Positions 28,470 to 38,218 of a DNA stretch of 52,126 bases are shown here, one piece after another. Position numbers and translations under genes: made by a program. This stretch comes from Candidatus Zixiibacteriota bacterium (lineage in GTDB: Bacteria > Zixibacteria > MSB-5A5 > GN15 > JAAZOE01). How positions within the stretch are numbered: position 1 is the stretch's first letter; the number at the start of each line of letters is the position of its first letter. Below the pieces are notes generated by a model that made no database searches, was not told the origin of the DNA, and saw nothing but the letters and a program-made list of their open reading frames with translations. The stretch lies in the NCBI GenBank assembly GCA_043819555.1, contig JBDREQ010000015.1:1-52126 (forward strand). Direction: 5' to 3'.

Positions 28470-29720
28470 CTATTTATCAATTGCCGCAGATGCGGCCGAT
28501 ATGCCGGCCAAATAACCGGTTGAAAAAGCGGCCTGCAAATTATAGCCGCCGGTCTCTCCGTCAAGATCTAAAATTTCGCCACAAAAATATAAACCTTTTA
28601 TAATTTTCGATTCCATTGTCCGAGGATTTATTTCTTTGAGAGATATCCCGCCAGCTGTAACAATGGCTTCATCATATGATTTGTGACCGGAAACCTCGAG
28701 CCGAAAATCTTTAAGGTGGCTTTTTATTCGTTTTCTCTCCTCGGCTGTGATTTGTTGAGTTGTTTTATCATGCTCAATATTCGTTAATTCGCAAAATACT
28801 GGAATTAGCTTTGAAGGTAAAAGACCTTTTAGCATGTTTTGATATTTTTTCTTCCCGCCTTCTTTTATATCTCGCAAAAGACGATTATCCAATTTCTTTT
28901 CATCAAGAGCAGGTTTGAGATCAATTGATAGTTCCACGGCTTTTTTATCTCTCAAGGCATCGACAATATGTTTACTCAACGACAGAATAATCGGACCGGA
29001 AACGCCATAGTGAGTAAAAATCATTTCGCCAAATTTTGAATGTTTCTTTTTGCCCTCAATAAATACCGAAACGGATATGTTTTTTAGACTCAAACCCTGC
29101 AAACGCGCGGCCGTATTTCCACAAGTTTCAATTGGAACGAGGGCCGGACGAAGCGGGACAATTGTATGACCGGCGGTTCTTGCAAATTTATATCCATCGC
29201 CGGTGGATCCGGTTAGCGGATATGATTTACCTCCGGTGGCAACTATTATGGCATCGGCCGGTAATTCATCATTGCCGGAGATGCCAATCACATGATTATC
29301 TTTTATAGTAATTTTGTTTACGGGATATTTCCTTTTGATTGTCGCGCCTTGAGATTCTGCCCACTCGGTCAGAGCGTCGACGATTTGCCGGGCATCGTTA
29401 CCGGCCGGGAAGACGCGGCCGCCTCGTTCGGTTTGAACATCAACGCCCAATTCTGTCAGAAGAGTAATCAAGTTATCAGAAAAAAAACGAGCGAATGCCT
29501 GATGCAGAAACTTACCGTTTTTTCCAAAATGCGAAATGAATTCGGGGATACCGGCGATATTCGTCAGGTTGCAGCGGCCCTTGCCGGTAATGCGGAGTTT
29601 TCTTCCCGGGCGGTGCATTTTTTCCAGAACGACAACCTGGACACCCGCACCGGCCGCTGTCCCAGCCGCCAGAAGCCCCGAAGCTCCGGCTCCAATGATA
29701 ATGATTATTTTGCGAGCCAT
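28470..29720 (-). CDS. HI0933/YhiN/BaiN-family flavoprotein
   Basis: IIGAGASG, GRKLRITGKGRCNLTN, GRVFP, ATGGKSYPLTGSTGDGY, FTHYGVSGP, VTAGGI, GEILDLDGETGGYNLQAAFSTG. Confidence 0.93.
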   Translation of the reverse strand: MARKIIIIIGAGASGLLAAGTAAGAGVQVVVLEKMHRPGRKLRITGKGRCNLTNIAGIPEFISHFGKNGKFLHQAFARFFSDNLITLLTELGVDVQTERGGRVFPAGNDARQIVDALTEWAESQGATIKRKYPVNKITIKDNHVIGISGNDELPADAIIVATGGKSYPLTGSTGDGYKFARTAGHTIVPLRPALVPIETCGNTAARLQGLSLKNISVSVFIEGKKKHSKFGEMIFTHYGVSGPIILSLSKHIVDALRDKKAVELSIDLKPALDEKKLDNRLLRDIKEGGKKKYQNMLKGLLPSKLIPVFCELTNIEHDKTTQQITAEERKRIKSHLKDFRLEVSGHKSYDEAIVTAGGISLKEINPRTMESKIIKGLYFCGEILDLDGETGGYNLQAAFSTGYLAGISAASAAIDK

Positions 29721-29725
29721 TTATT

Positions 29726-30763
29726 TCACGGTGCAATCAGGTTTTCAAAATCAGTATGATCCTTCAATCCATCCAGATCGCCGTCCACTGCCGCCTGCTT
29801 TTTTAATTTGGGATTCTGCTCGATTGCTTTTTTTAAAGCTCCCATGGCGCCTTCCGAATCTCCCGCGGCCAGTCGAATCACAGCCAAATCGTAAAACACT
29901 TCGGCATAGGCAGGTTCATATTTGGCGGCTCTTTCCATCAAAGGTAAAGCATCCTCAAATCTCTTTTCTGAAAAGGCTGTCCAGGCGACATTCCAATCGT
30001 AATTCATTTCGGCCATTTGCAGGAGGCGTCCCAGTTCTTTAAATGGTTCAGGATGATCATCAACCCGAATGTCGATGGCGTTGTCGATATATCCGCCATA
30101 CCCGGCGCCTTCTTTGGCGATGTACATTGCCGCCGATTGTCTGCCTCGTGAATCCCCTCCGGCTTCATCCCCGGCAACCAATGCGGCATACATGCGGGAT
30201 GCCAGAGTGCCTTCGGTTTCAAGAAACACTTTTTCCATATCTGAGACAACATCTTCACCGGTAAGGATGTTGCCCTGAACGGCATAGCTGGGGCCGTTTT
30301 TGCCTCCGGCCCAATAAAGACAATTTTCGCCGGTGTAAGTGGCCGATTTGCCATCGGGAGAGACGATTCCGACCTGACGCTGAGTCGGGTTATCATCATC
30401 CTTGAGCAATATATCCATAGTTTGTTCGGGAGTGAATCCTAATCCCAGTAATTCAAGTCCTTTGTATCCAAACGAAGTATTGGCGTAAGATTGAGTAGCG
30501 ACAGCTCCGATATTGGCCTTGGCCCAGGGAACGACACTGCCAACGGCAAAAAATTTGGATGCCACGGCAACTCCGATTTCTCCGGTGGCAGGATCACAGG
30601 CGACAATTGAAAAAGTTGATACCACTTGAGGCGGATTTTTCGTTTTGGTTGTGCTATCGGCGGGAACGGAACTACCGAATGCGCAGATTAATAAAAGGAA
30701 GCACAACATATAAATTATTGATGTTTGATTTTTCCCATTTCCATTTAACATTTCGACCCCCAT
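29726..30763 (-). CDS. DUF1028 (Ntn-hydrolase-like) protein with C-terminal TPR
   Basis: TFSIVACDPATGEIGVAVASKFFAVGSVVPW, VATQS, RQVGIV, QGNIL, GGDSRGRQSAA, DIRVDDH; TPR helices; signal peptide. Confidence 0.88.
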   Translation of the reverse strand: MGVEMLNGNGKNQTSIIYMLCFLLLICAFGSSVPADSTTKTKNPPQVVSTFSIVACDPATGEIGVAVASKFFAVGSVVPWAKANIGAVATQSYANTSFGYKGLELLGLGFTPEQTMDILLKDDDNPTQRQVGIVSPDGKSATYTGENCLYWAGGKNGPSYAVQGNILTGEDVVSDMEKVFLETEGTLASRMYAALVAGDEAGGDSRGRQSAAMYIAKEGAGYGGYIDNAIDIRVDDHPEPFKELGRLLQMAEMNYDWNVAWTAFSEKRFEDALPLMERAAKYEPAYAEVFYDLAVIRLAAGDSEGAMGALKKAIEQNPKLKKQAAVDGDLDGLKDHTDFENLIAP

Positions 30764-30840
30764 TTATACCCAAATTTTAGTTTGTCACGGCCGACTATTT
30801 ATCGGGAGCGATTAACGTAATTCACTAAAGAGAATTACGC

Positions 30841-31455
30841 TCATTTCTTAATTTCGAGACCGTTTAACAGTTCTTCAAAATCACCTTTATATTCGGCGAA
30901 TAAATTTTTCCGTGTGAAAGCTATTGCCTGGAGAGTTCCGTTTCGACCGGTATAGTAATAGCCGTAATACGTAAATGGGATTGTGTTTATCGAACCATCT
31001 ATCTGCAGACATAGTATCTTAACTCCGTTTACGATTCGTTCTTCTTCGAAAATGCTTTTGGCATTTGTGGCGGCAGAACGGGCGTTGACCAGAGCTATTT
31101 CTTTAAGACTGTCAATAGCCAATTCGGCTTTGCTGTACAGAACGACAGCATGTGCATCTCCGTTGATGTGTTCGAATTCATACTCCGCGTCGGGATTAAT
31201 ACCCAATTTGCCCCTGAGCCATTTATTATCATTAATCCAGATTCCGTATTTCCCTTTTGAACCCTCATAATAATGATTGGATAAAAACGATTTGGAATAT
31301 GAATCAGGTTCTTTAGGCTTAGTATTTTTTTCAATATTTGCCGCTGAATGGTTCTCTGATTTTGCAGAATCATTTGCTTCGGAGTTATTTGTGCCATAAG
31401 AAGGCGTTCCCAATACCAAAGAGATAACGATGATATAAACGTATGTTGAAAACAT
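30841..31455 (-). CDS. Hypothetical exported protein
   Basis: 204-aa ORF with hydrophobic N-terminus, co-oriented with neighbours; no family recognised with certainty. Confidence 0.7.
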   Translation of the reverse strand: MFSTYVYIIVISLVLGTPSYGTNNSEANDSAKSENHSAANIEKNTKPKEPDSYSKSFLSNHYYEGSKGKYGIWINDNKWLRGKLGINPDAEYEFEHINGDAHAVVLYSKAELAIDSLKEIALVNARSAATNAKSIFEEERIVNGVKILCLQIDGSINTIPFTYYGYYYTGRNGTLQAIAFTRKNLFAEYKGDFEELLNGLEIKK

Positions 31456-31529
31456 GGCTATACCTGCAAGTCTAATAATTATCCGGAACCTGCGACAAAC
31501 TAATATAGAAACGATGTGAATATCAACAA

Positions 31530-31874
31530 TTATTGAGAAATTTCTTCGATTACGGATGTACCCTGCAAAGGTTCAGGTTTGTCAATCGTCCACGTTTCAT
31601 GCAGGCGATATTTTCCGTCAGGAAGAATTTCAACTTTCGAAACGGTCGTTCCCGATATGAATTCATGTGATACGTTCAAATACTGCCAGACCATTTGGAT
31701 TAATCCCTTATCATTAATATAACCGACAATAGTTCCAAAACGAGTGCCACCGCCCTGAAACGTCGCCCAGACAATATTATTATCCTGACGATAATGAAAG
31801 ACTGTCTCCTGATTGAAATCGCCGTCGTCGTAGTTTTCAATTCCTTTGAAGTATTTATTATTTAGATTGAACAT
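31530..31874 (-). CDS. Conserved hypothetical small beta-rich protein
   Basis: Pattern TVFHYRQDNNIVWATFQGG...G...EILPDGKYRLHETW recognised as a widespread uncharacterised family; function not inferable. Confidence 0.75.
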   Translation of the reverse strand: MFNLNNKYFKGIENYDDGDFNQETVFHYRQDNNIVWATFQGGGTRFGTIVGYINDKGLIQMVWQYLNVSHEFISGTTVSKVEILPDGKYRLHETWTIDKPEPLQGTSVIEEISQ

Positions 31875-31925
31875 TGGAGGCGGATTCCTTTCAGAATGAA
31901 CATGCGAGTAACCCGATCATTAATG

Positions 31926-32690
31926 CTAAAATATCAAATCGATAACGCCAAGAAGTTTGGCCGCGGATACCGCCACAACGACAATAAGTATCCAGCGAAT
32001 AAAGCCGTTTCCCTTCTTAATGGCAACTTTTACGGCCACCCATGCGCCCAGCATATTTCCGACTGCCATGATTAGCCCCACCGTCCATACTATCTGATCA
32101 TTGATGGCGAAAACAATTACGGCGAAAAAAGTGAAACAAAGAATGATTAAAACTTTTACGGGGTTGGCATGGAGTTCATCAAAACCGACGCTGAGCATCA
32201 ATCCGGCCAGCAGGAAAATTCCGACTCCGGCCTGAATAAACCCGCCGTATATTCCTATTCCGAAAAAGATTAACATCTGGACAAATGATGTTTTAGTTAT
32301 ATCATCAAGAGTTTTCGCTTTGAACCATCTTTTGGGCCGCAATAAGAGTATGATTAGCATGCAAACCATAATAACGCCGATGGTATGATGCATTAGGCGC
32401 TCATTCAAATCGGACGCGATTTGGGCGCCGATAATGGCTCCGATTATGGCCGGGATAGCCAGCCTGAGACCATGCCTGATATTTAAAAGATGGCTGTTAT
32501 GAAAGGTCCTGACTCCGACAATATTCTGCAGAAGAATGGCGATGCGATTGGTTCCGTTTGCGGCATTAGCCGGCAGACCGAGAAATATCAAAAGTGGCAA
32601 AGTAATTAGCGAACCGCTTCCAGCCAGCGTGTTTATAAATCCGGCGGCAAAGCCCGCTCCGATAACGGCCAGATACATATACCATTCCAT
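31926..32690 (-). CDS. TSUP (TauE/SafE) family permease
   Basis: AGFINTLAGSGSLITLPLL, ANGTNR, GIYGGFIQAGVG. Start placed at ATG 32690; the ORF track gives 32726. Confidence 0.9.
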   Translation of the reverse strand: MEWYMYLAVIGAGFAAGFINTLAGSGSLITLPLLIFLGLPANAANGTNRIAILLQNIVGVRTFHNSHLLNIRHGLRLAIPAIIGAIIGAQIASDLNERLMHHTIGVIMVCMLIILLLRPKRWFKAKTLDDITKTSFVQMLIFFGIGIYGGFIQAGVGIFLLAGLMLSVGFDELHANPVKVLIILCFTFFAVIVFAINDQIVWTVGLIMAVGNMLGAWVAVKVAIKKGNGFIRWILIVVVAVSAAKLLGVIDLIF

Positions 32691-32812
32691 GGCGGCGAAT
32701 GTATGCGATTGGACACTTGCTGTCAACAGTTGAATTGTCCAAATATTAGGCTTGCCTTAGCGAAATATTCTTCTCTTATTTCAAATTATCAATTCAATAA
32801 AAAGAGGCCAGG

Positions 32813-33556
32813 TTGGAAAATTCAAGATTATCTCATAAAAGGTATGCCGCGATATTGGGGGCGGCGTTTTTAATTCTCTGGATTATGCTGTCAATAAATC
32901 CTCATGACCGGCAGGATTGGGCTCTGGAGAATCTCCTGGCGGTTATCTGTGTTGGTGTTCTGGTCTTCACCGCAAGTAAATTTCCACTTTCCCGAATTTC
33001 CTATTCATTGATATTTTTATTTTTGTGTCTTCATGAAATTGGAGCCCATTATACTTATGCCCAGGTTCCCTATGACGTCTGGTTTGACTCGCTTTTCGGC
33101 CGGACATTTAATTTGATAATGGGATGGGAAAGAAATCATTTCGATAGATTTGTTCATTTCAGCTATGGGCTGCTTCTGGCGTATCCGATCCGCGAGGTGT
33201 TTTTTCGAGTCGCTCACGTAACCGGATTCTGGGGATATTTTTTGCCGCTGGATGTAACGATGTCAACTTCGATGCTTTTTGAATTATTCGAATGGGGCGC
33301 CGCCAGGATATTTGGAGGCGATCTGGGGGTGGCTTATCTGGGTACGCAGGGAGATATCTGGGACGCTCACAAAGATATGGGTCTGGCCAGCCTGGGGGCG
33401 TTTTTGGCAATGCTGGTGACGGCTTTTATAAACTATCGCCTGCAAAGAGATTTTGCCCGGGAATGGTCGGACAGTTTAAAAGTAAAAAATAATTTGCCGC
33501 TTGGTGAAGATGAGATTAAGCGATTGATAAAGAAACGAAAAGATGAAAGTGAATAG
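32813..33556 (+). CDS. DUF2238 (YjdF-like) inner membrane protein
   Basis: DWALEN, LHEIGAHYTYAQVP, RNHFDRFVHF, ELFEW, LGTQGDIWDAHKDM. Confidence 0.9.
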   Translation: MENSRLSHKRYAAILGAAFLILWIMLSINPHDRQDWALENLLAVICVGVLVFTASKFPLSRISYSLIFLFLCLHEIGAHYTYAQVPYDVWFDSLFGRTFNLIMGWERNHFDRFVHFSYGLLLAYPIREVFFRVAHVTGFWGYFLPLDVTMSTSMLFELFEWGAARIFGGDLGVAYLGTQGDIWDAHKDMGLASLGAFLAMLVTAFINYRLQRDFAREWSDSLKVKNNLPLGEDEIKRLIKKRKDESE

Positions 33557-33575
33557 ATATAATTAGGGGCAAAAA

Positions 33576-33986
33576 ATGAAACTGCTAATGATATACACCG
33601 ACAAATTTGCTTATAAAACCAGCGTCAAGGCGGTTGATGAGCTTCCCGATGTTGAGGAAAAACGCGAGATTGCTGATACGCTGGTTGGATTTATACAGGT
33701 TGAAAAAGAAGATGAAGAAAATCTATCAGTGGTCGAGACAAAAATGATTAAAAACCTTAAATGGGCCGCTCGAAAAAACGATACGCGAAAAATACTTCTG
33801 CATTCATTCGCCCATTTATCTGAAAGCAAAGCTTCACTCGAATCTACAAAACAATTATTTGACAGCGCTGAGCTAAGATTAACCAAGGCGGAATACGAAG
33901 TATCACAAACGCCGTTGGGATATTTTCTTGATCTGGATATTCAGGCTCCGGGCAAATCGCTGGCCCGGATTTTTGTGAGTATCTGA
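33576..33986 (+). CDS. Stand-alone archaeal-type threonyl-tRNA synthetase editing domain protein
   Basis: MKLLMIY.D.F.Y, LVGFIQVEKED, LHSFAHLS, QTPLGYF...I.APGKSLA match the recalled pattern of the archaeal ThrRS N-terminal editing domain. Confidence 0.85.
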   Translation: MKLLMIYTDKFAYKTSVKAVDELPDVEEKREIADTLVGFIQVEKEDEENLSVVETKMIKNLKWAARKNDTRKILLHSFAHLSESKASLESTKQLFDSAELRLTKAEYEVSQTPLGYFLDLDIQAPGKSLARIFVSI

Positions 33987-34718
33987 TTAGCGATATGCTT
34001 TATGTACCAGAATATATTCTTTGGCAAGTTTTCCATATTCGCGGGCTAATTTTTCGGTCAAATGAACTTTGCTGGTCATTTTTTTGTCTGCCGTTTTGGC
34101 ATCTCGAAACGTTGACTCAATTATGGCAAGGTCGGCTCCTTTGATCAAATTCTTATTGAACTTTTCCGTTCCGGTATCACCGGTTATGGCGATAGTCTCA
34201 TCGCCACATGAAATTCGATATCCGAGAGCGGGGAGAGGGTCGGTTATTCCGGCTCCGGCAATACTGCCGTGATGAGTCATTTTATATGCTTTAATATTCA
34301 TCCCGGCGACGGAACGCGCGTCGCCATCGCCAATATAACCCAGAATAATTGGAAATTCAGTTGTCAAATCGTACATCCGTATGAATTCACGCACAATGGA
34401 TTCAACTTCAATGCAATTGACCGGAGTATTTATAACGAGCGTATCTTCGCGGCCAATCATGCGGAGAAAACCCAAAAGCGAATGAAGTCCGCCCATATGA
34501 TCAAAATGTCCATGAGTAATGAAAATGGCGGTTAATATTCCGTAATTGATTTTGTTTTTTAATAAATCTCTTAGAATGCCATCACCGCAATCAACTAATA
34601 TTGCGCCTTCTGAATTTTCGATCCATATTTGATTGGCAATCCCTGCCCGGGAATATAAAATATCAACAGTCAGTGATTTGCCTATCCACCGAGCATGATT
34701 GTTTTTATCAAGATCCAT
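33987..34718 (-). CDS. Metallo-beta-lactamase-fold hydrolase, RNase Z-like
   Basis: LVDCGDG, THGHFDHMGG, ALGYRI, TGDT, IESTF, HLT, LVH. Confidence 0.85.
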   Translation of the reverse strand: MDLDKNNHARWIGKSLTVDILYSRAGIANQIWIENSEGAILVDCGDGILRDLLKNKINYGILTAIFITHGHFDHMGGLHSLLGFLRMIGREDTLVINTPVNCIEVESIVREFIRMYDLTTEFPIILGYIGDGDARSVAGMNIKAYKMTHHGSIAGAGITDPLPALGYRISCGDETIAITGDTGTEKFNKNLIKGADLAIIESTFRDAKTADKKMTSKVHLTEKLAREYGKLAKEYILVHKAYR

Positions 34719-34766
34719 GATTTATTTTCTGCATTGGTTGTTAATTCGAAATAAACAGAAAATTTG

Positions 34767-34940
34767 TTATAGCTTTTTGGGACCGATATTTTTTATTTTA
34801 ACGATCTTCTTCGCATTATTACTTTTTGATGAGCAATCGCACCCTTCACATCCCTGACCTTTACTTTCTTTCCATAAAATTTTGCCGACATACCAGACAG
34901 CAACAATAACAACAACAGAAACAATTATTAGCTCATACAT
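34767..34940 (-). CDS. FeoB-associated Cys-rich small membrane protein (57 aa, below the ORF-track cutoff)
   Basis: MYELIIVSVVVIVAVWYVGKILWKESKGQGCEGCDCSSKSNNAKKIVKIKNIGPKKL; GAGG RBS; starts 11 nt after the feoB stop. Confidence 0.85.
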   Translation of the reverse strand: MYELIIVSVVVIVAVWYVGKILWKESKGQGCEGCDCSSKSNNAKKIVKIKNIGPKKL

Positions 34941-34951
34941 ATCAGCCTCAA

Positions 34952-37111
34952 TTAATCTAACCCCAAGAGCTTTCCACCCTGATATACGATCAGCGCCAGT
35001 CCATACGCAAGGGACAAAGTATAAATTATTTGGTAAAACAGTTCTTTCCAGGATCCTGATTCACGCAGGAATATAGCAAGTGCAGCCATGCACGGAGTGT
35101 ACAAGAGGATGAAAACAACAAAAGCGTAGGCGATTAATTTGGAGTAAGCCGGGTCATGGGCCAGTTTTTGCCTTAGCGATGTCGATTCTCCACCGGAGTC
35201 GCCGACTCCATAAATAGTCCCCATGGTTGACACTACTACTTCTTTAGCTGCGAAACATGAAACGAGGGCAATACCCAAACGCCAGTCGAATCCAAGGGGG
35301 GCAATTATCGGTTCAATTGTTTTGCCAAGTCTGCCGGCAAAACTATTCAATAATTGTTCGGCCGCCTTACTGTTTTCAAAATTGGCCGGGGTCGCTTCCA
35401 ATTCGCCTCCCGTCAAATTACCAGTCTCATGCAGTGAAAGGGCCTCTCCGGCAAGAGAAGCATAATCCTGTGAAAATGTATCGGTCTGTGGAAAGGTCAT
35501 CAAAAACCACATGATTATGGAGATGCTCAGAATAATTGTGCCCGCTTTTCTCAGGTACAGCCATGAGCGTTCCCACATGTGAATAAACAGCGAACGAAGA
35601 GTTGGCACCCGGTAGGGAGGAAGTTCCATAATGAATGGCGCTGACATGCCTTTGAATCTGAAAGTACGGAGAATCTTGACCATTGCGACGGCAATAACTA
35701 TTCCCAGAACATAAATAGAAAAAACAATATTACCGGCGTTTTCCGGCCAGAACGCTCCACACACGAGAATATAAACCGGCAGCCGGGCTCCACAGCTCAT
35801 AAAAGTGGTCACGTGCAATGTAACTAACCGATCGGTTCTGTCTTCAAGAATGCGAGCGCCCATATAGGCCGGCACCGAACATCCAAAACCGATAATCATC
35901 GGTATGAACGATTTGCCGTGCAGGCCAATCTTATGCATGATGCGATCCATGATAAAGGCCGCTCGAGCCATGTATCCGCTGTCTTCGAGAATCGCAATAC
36001 ATAAAAACAGCATCATAATATTGGGCAAAAAGACGATAACGCCGCCGACCCCTCCGATAATGCCGTCAATTAATAATGAACTAAGCAGGCCGTCAGGCAA
36101 CGCCGACTGCAGCCAACCGGATAAAATTGAGATGCCGCTTTCAATCCAATCCATGGGGTATTTGCCCAGAGTAAAAGTCAGATTAAACATCAGCCAAATC
36201 ATAAAACCAAAAATTGGCAAACCCAGGACGGGATGGATAAGAGCCATATCGATTTTATCGGAAATGTCGTGGCGGTGAGTTCCGGTAAATGTTATCGCTT
36301 CCGTGCAGGCGCCGCTGATATAGGCATATCTTCGATCCGAAACGACCGCTGCTGTATCATCGCCAAAAAAAGTCTCTATATTATTTCGAGAATCATCAAT
36401 GGCCTTGTAAAATTTGGCATCGGAAACGGCATTTTCAAAATAGGATAGGATTTCCTTGTCATTTTCAAGAAGTTTGAGAGCCAGCCAGCGCGCGCGATAT
36501 CCATCAGTCAGGGATGAATAATTATCGAGCGATTTTTCGACCCGGGTAAGCTCAGTTTCAAATTCTCGTCCATAGTTTATTTCAATCGGGTTGTTTTTCC
36601 TGCCATTTCGGATCGTTTCAATTGCGGCCCGAATCAAATCATCCATACCTTTTCGTTTTGATCCTATTGTAGGAATCACCGGGACGCCCAGAAGCTGAGA
36701 CAGCAATTTGGCATCAATTTGGATTCCCCGAGAAGCAGTCATGTCGCTCATGTTGAGTGCGATTACAATCGGAATGCCCAGTTCAATAATTTGCGTCGTC
36801 AAGTATAAATTTCGCTCAATATTTGTAGCGTCCACGACATCAACAACGACGTCAGGTTTTTCCTTTATTATATAATTGCGCGCTATTATTTCTTCGATGG
36901 AGTAGGCTGAAAGGGAATATGTCCCGGGAAGATCGATCAATTTATAGCGATGACCATTAAAATTAGAAATGCCTTCTTTTTTCTCAACAGTTACGCCGGG
37001 ATAATTGCCGACATGCTGGTTAGCGCCGGTAAGATTATTAAAGATAGTAGTTTTCCCGGAATTGGGATTTCCGGCCAAGGCGATTGTAAATTCCTGTTTA
37101 TCCGAATTCAA
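34952..37111 (-). CDS. feoB: Ferrous iron transporter B
   Basis: GNPNSGKT, VGNYPGVTVEKK, DLPGTYSL, LNMSD, LEDSGYMARAAF, GFGCSVPA, FIMELPPYR, LYTPC. Confidence 0.97.
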   Translation of the reverse strand: MNSDKQEFTIALAGNPNSGKTTIFNNLTGANQHVGNYPGVTVEKKEGISNFNGHRYKLIDLPGTYSLSAYSIEEIIARNYIIKEKPDVVVDVVDATNIERNLYLTTQIIELGIPIVIALNMSDMTASRGIQIDAKLLSQLLGVPVIPTIGSKRKGMDDLIRAAIETIRNGRKNNPIEINYGREFETELTRVEKSLDNYSSLTDGYRARWLALKLLENDKEILSYFENAVSDAKFYKAIDDSRNNIETFFGDDTAAVVSDRRYAYISGACTEAITFTGTHRHDISDKIDMALIHPVLGLPIFGFMIWLMFNLTFTLGKYPMDWIESGISILSGWLQSALPDGLLSSLLIDGIIGGVGGVIVFLPNIMMLFLCIAILEDSGYMARAAFIMDRIMHKIGLHGKSFIPMIIGFGCSVPAYMGARILEDRTDRLVTLHVTTFMSCGARLPVYILVCGAFWPENAGNIVFSIYVLGIVIAVAMVKILRTFRFKGMSAPFIMELPPYRVPTLRSLFIHMWERSWLYLRKAGTIILSISIIMWFLMTFPQTDTFSQDYASLAGEALSLHETGNLTGGELEATPANFENSKAAEQLLNSFAGRLGKTIEPIIAPLGFDWRLGIALVSCFAAKEVVVSTMGTIYGVGDSGGESTSLRQKLAHDPAYSKLIAYAFVVFILLYTPCMAALAIFLRESGSWKELFYQIIYTLSLAYGLALIVYQGGKLLGLD

Positions 37112-37355
37112 CTTCCTTCACCTTGATTTTTAAGGCTATCCCTCGTCCAATCCCCAATCTGGTTTGTCGGACTTCAAGTCCCACCGGTCCATGCCCTGAA
37201 TTGGCAATTATAGTAAAATGCACCCCCGAATTAAGCCCCATCGATGCGATTTTTTCACGAAGTCTGAATCCCCCATCCAAACCCACCAGTTGATATATCT
37301 TGCCAACTCTGGCTTCACTAAGGCTAAGCTGGCCGAATTCAGTCGCGGTAGTCAT
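37098..37355 (-). CDS. feoA: Ferrous iron transport protein A
   Basis: LSEARVG...KIASMGLNSG...GPVGLEVRQTRLGIGRGIALKIKV; directly upstream of feoB. ATG 37355 has a GGAG RBS. Confidence 0.9.
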   Translation of the reverse strand: MTTATEFGQLSLSEARVGKIYQLVGLDGGFRLREKIASMGLNSGVHFTIIANSGHGPVGLEVRQTRLGIGRGIALKIKVKEVEFG

Positions 37356-37393
37356 TTTATTCTCCGATGCACAATGCGTTTTACCAAACATAA

Positions 37394-37864
37394 TTATCTA
37401 ACCCGTTTATTCTTATTTTGTTTCAACTCAGCCTTTTTCTGGCAGTCCCTGCAGATTCCAAAAATCTTATAATGATGAGAATGAGTCTCAAATTTGTATT
37501 TTCCTGCAATAGCCCTTTCTTCGGCATCCAGAATCTCACTGGAAAATTCAACAATCTTATTGCAATTCTGGCAAATCAGATGGTGATGATGTTTGGAATT
37601 GATAGTATGCTCAAAGCGGGTTATGCCGTCATTAAAGGATACTTCTCGCGCCAGGCCGCTGCCGGCAATAATTTTCATAGTCCGATAAATGGTGGCATAT
37701 CCGACTTTCAGACTGAGTTTATTTAGGATTAAATTAAGATCATCAACCGAAACATGCTTGTTCGTCGATAAAAAGGCGTCGAGTATAATTTCTCTCTGGG
37801 CGGTTTCTTTTAGTCCCGAAGATTTTATGTACTTATTAAAGACCTTATGGGCGTCAACGCTCAT
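37394..37864 (-). CDS. fur: Fur-family transcriptional repressor
   Basis: TAQREIIL, HVSVDDL, ATIYRTM, HHHHLICQNC, GICRDC. ATG 37864 has an AGGAG RBS. Confidence 0.92.
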   Translation of the reverse strand: MSVDAHKVFNKYIKSSGLKETAQREIILDAFLSTNKHVSVDDLNLILNKLSLKVGYATIYRTMKIIAGSGLAREVSFNDGITRFEHTINSKHHHHLICQNCNKIVEFSSEILDAEERAIAGKYKFETHSHHYKIFGICRDCQKKAELKQNKNKRVR

Positions 37865-37883
37865 AAACACTCCTGAAAATAGA

Positions 37884-37904
37884 AATTGATAATCATTATC
37901 AATT
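37884..37904. promoter_or_regulatory. Fur box
   Basis: Perfect 10-1-10 palindrome AATTGATAAT-C-ATTATCAATT containing TGATAATCATTATC of the Fur consensus; lies between the -10 element and the fur RBS. Confidence 0.9.
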
Positions 37905-37910
37905 GGCAGT

Positions 37911-37938
37911 AATATAGATCACTTTTACTTAATGTCAA
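37911..37938 (-). promoter_or_regulatory. Sigma70-type promoter of fur-feoA-feoB
   Basis: Minus strand TTGACA-N16-TATATT immediately upstream of the Fur box. Confidence 0.65.
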
Positions 37939-38218
37939 GGCTTAAGAATAATAAAATGCGCAGACAACCATGTTTATGTATCTCGTTACTACAATAATAG
38001 TTGCGCCATTTAGCGATAGTCAAAGACAATGTTTGGTCTTTATGTGATGTTTCGGACATATAATTTATTTATAAACTGGATATAGCGGTTGGAGAAGTTT
38101 TTGGGAAAAATATTGGGATTTGGCCGATATTTTAATTGTGGTGAGAATAGAAATGTCAATACTTATACAAGGCTGTGTTAAATAGAAGTTTAAATCAATA
38201 AATTACGGAGGATTAAGC

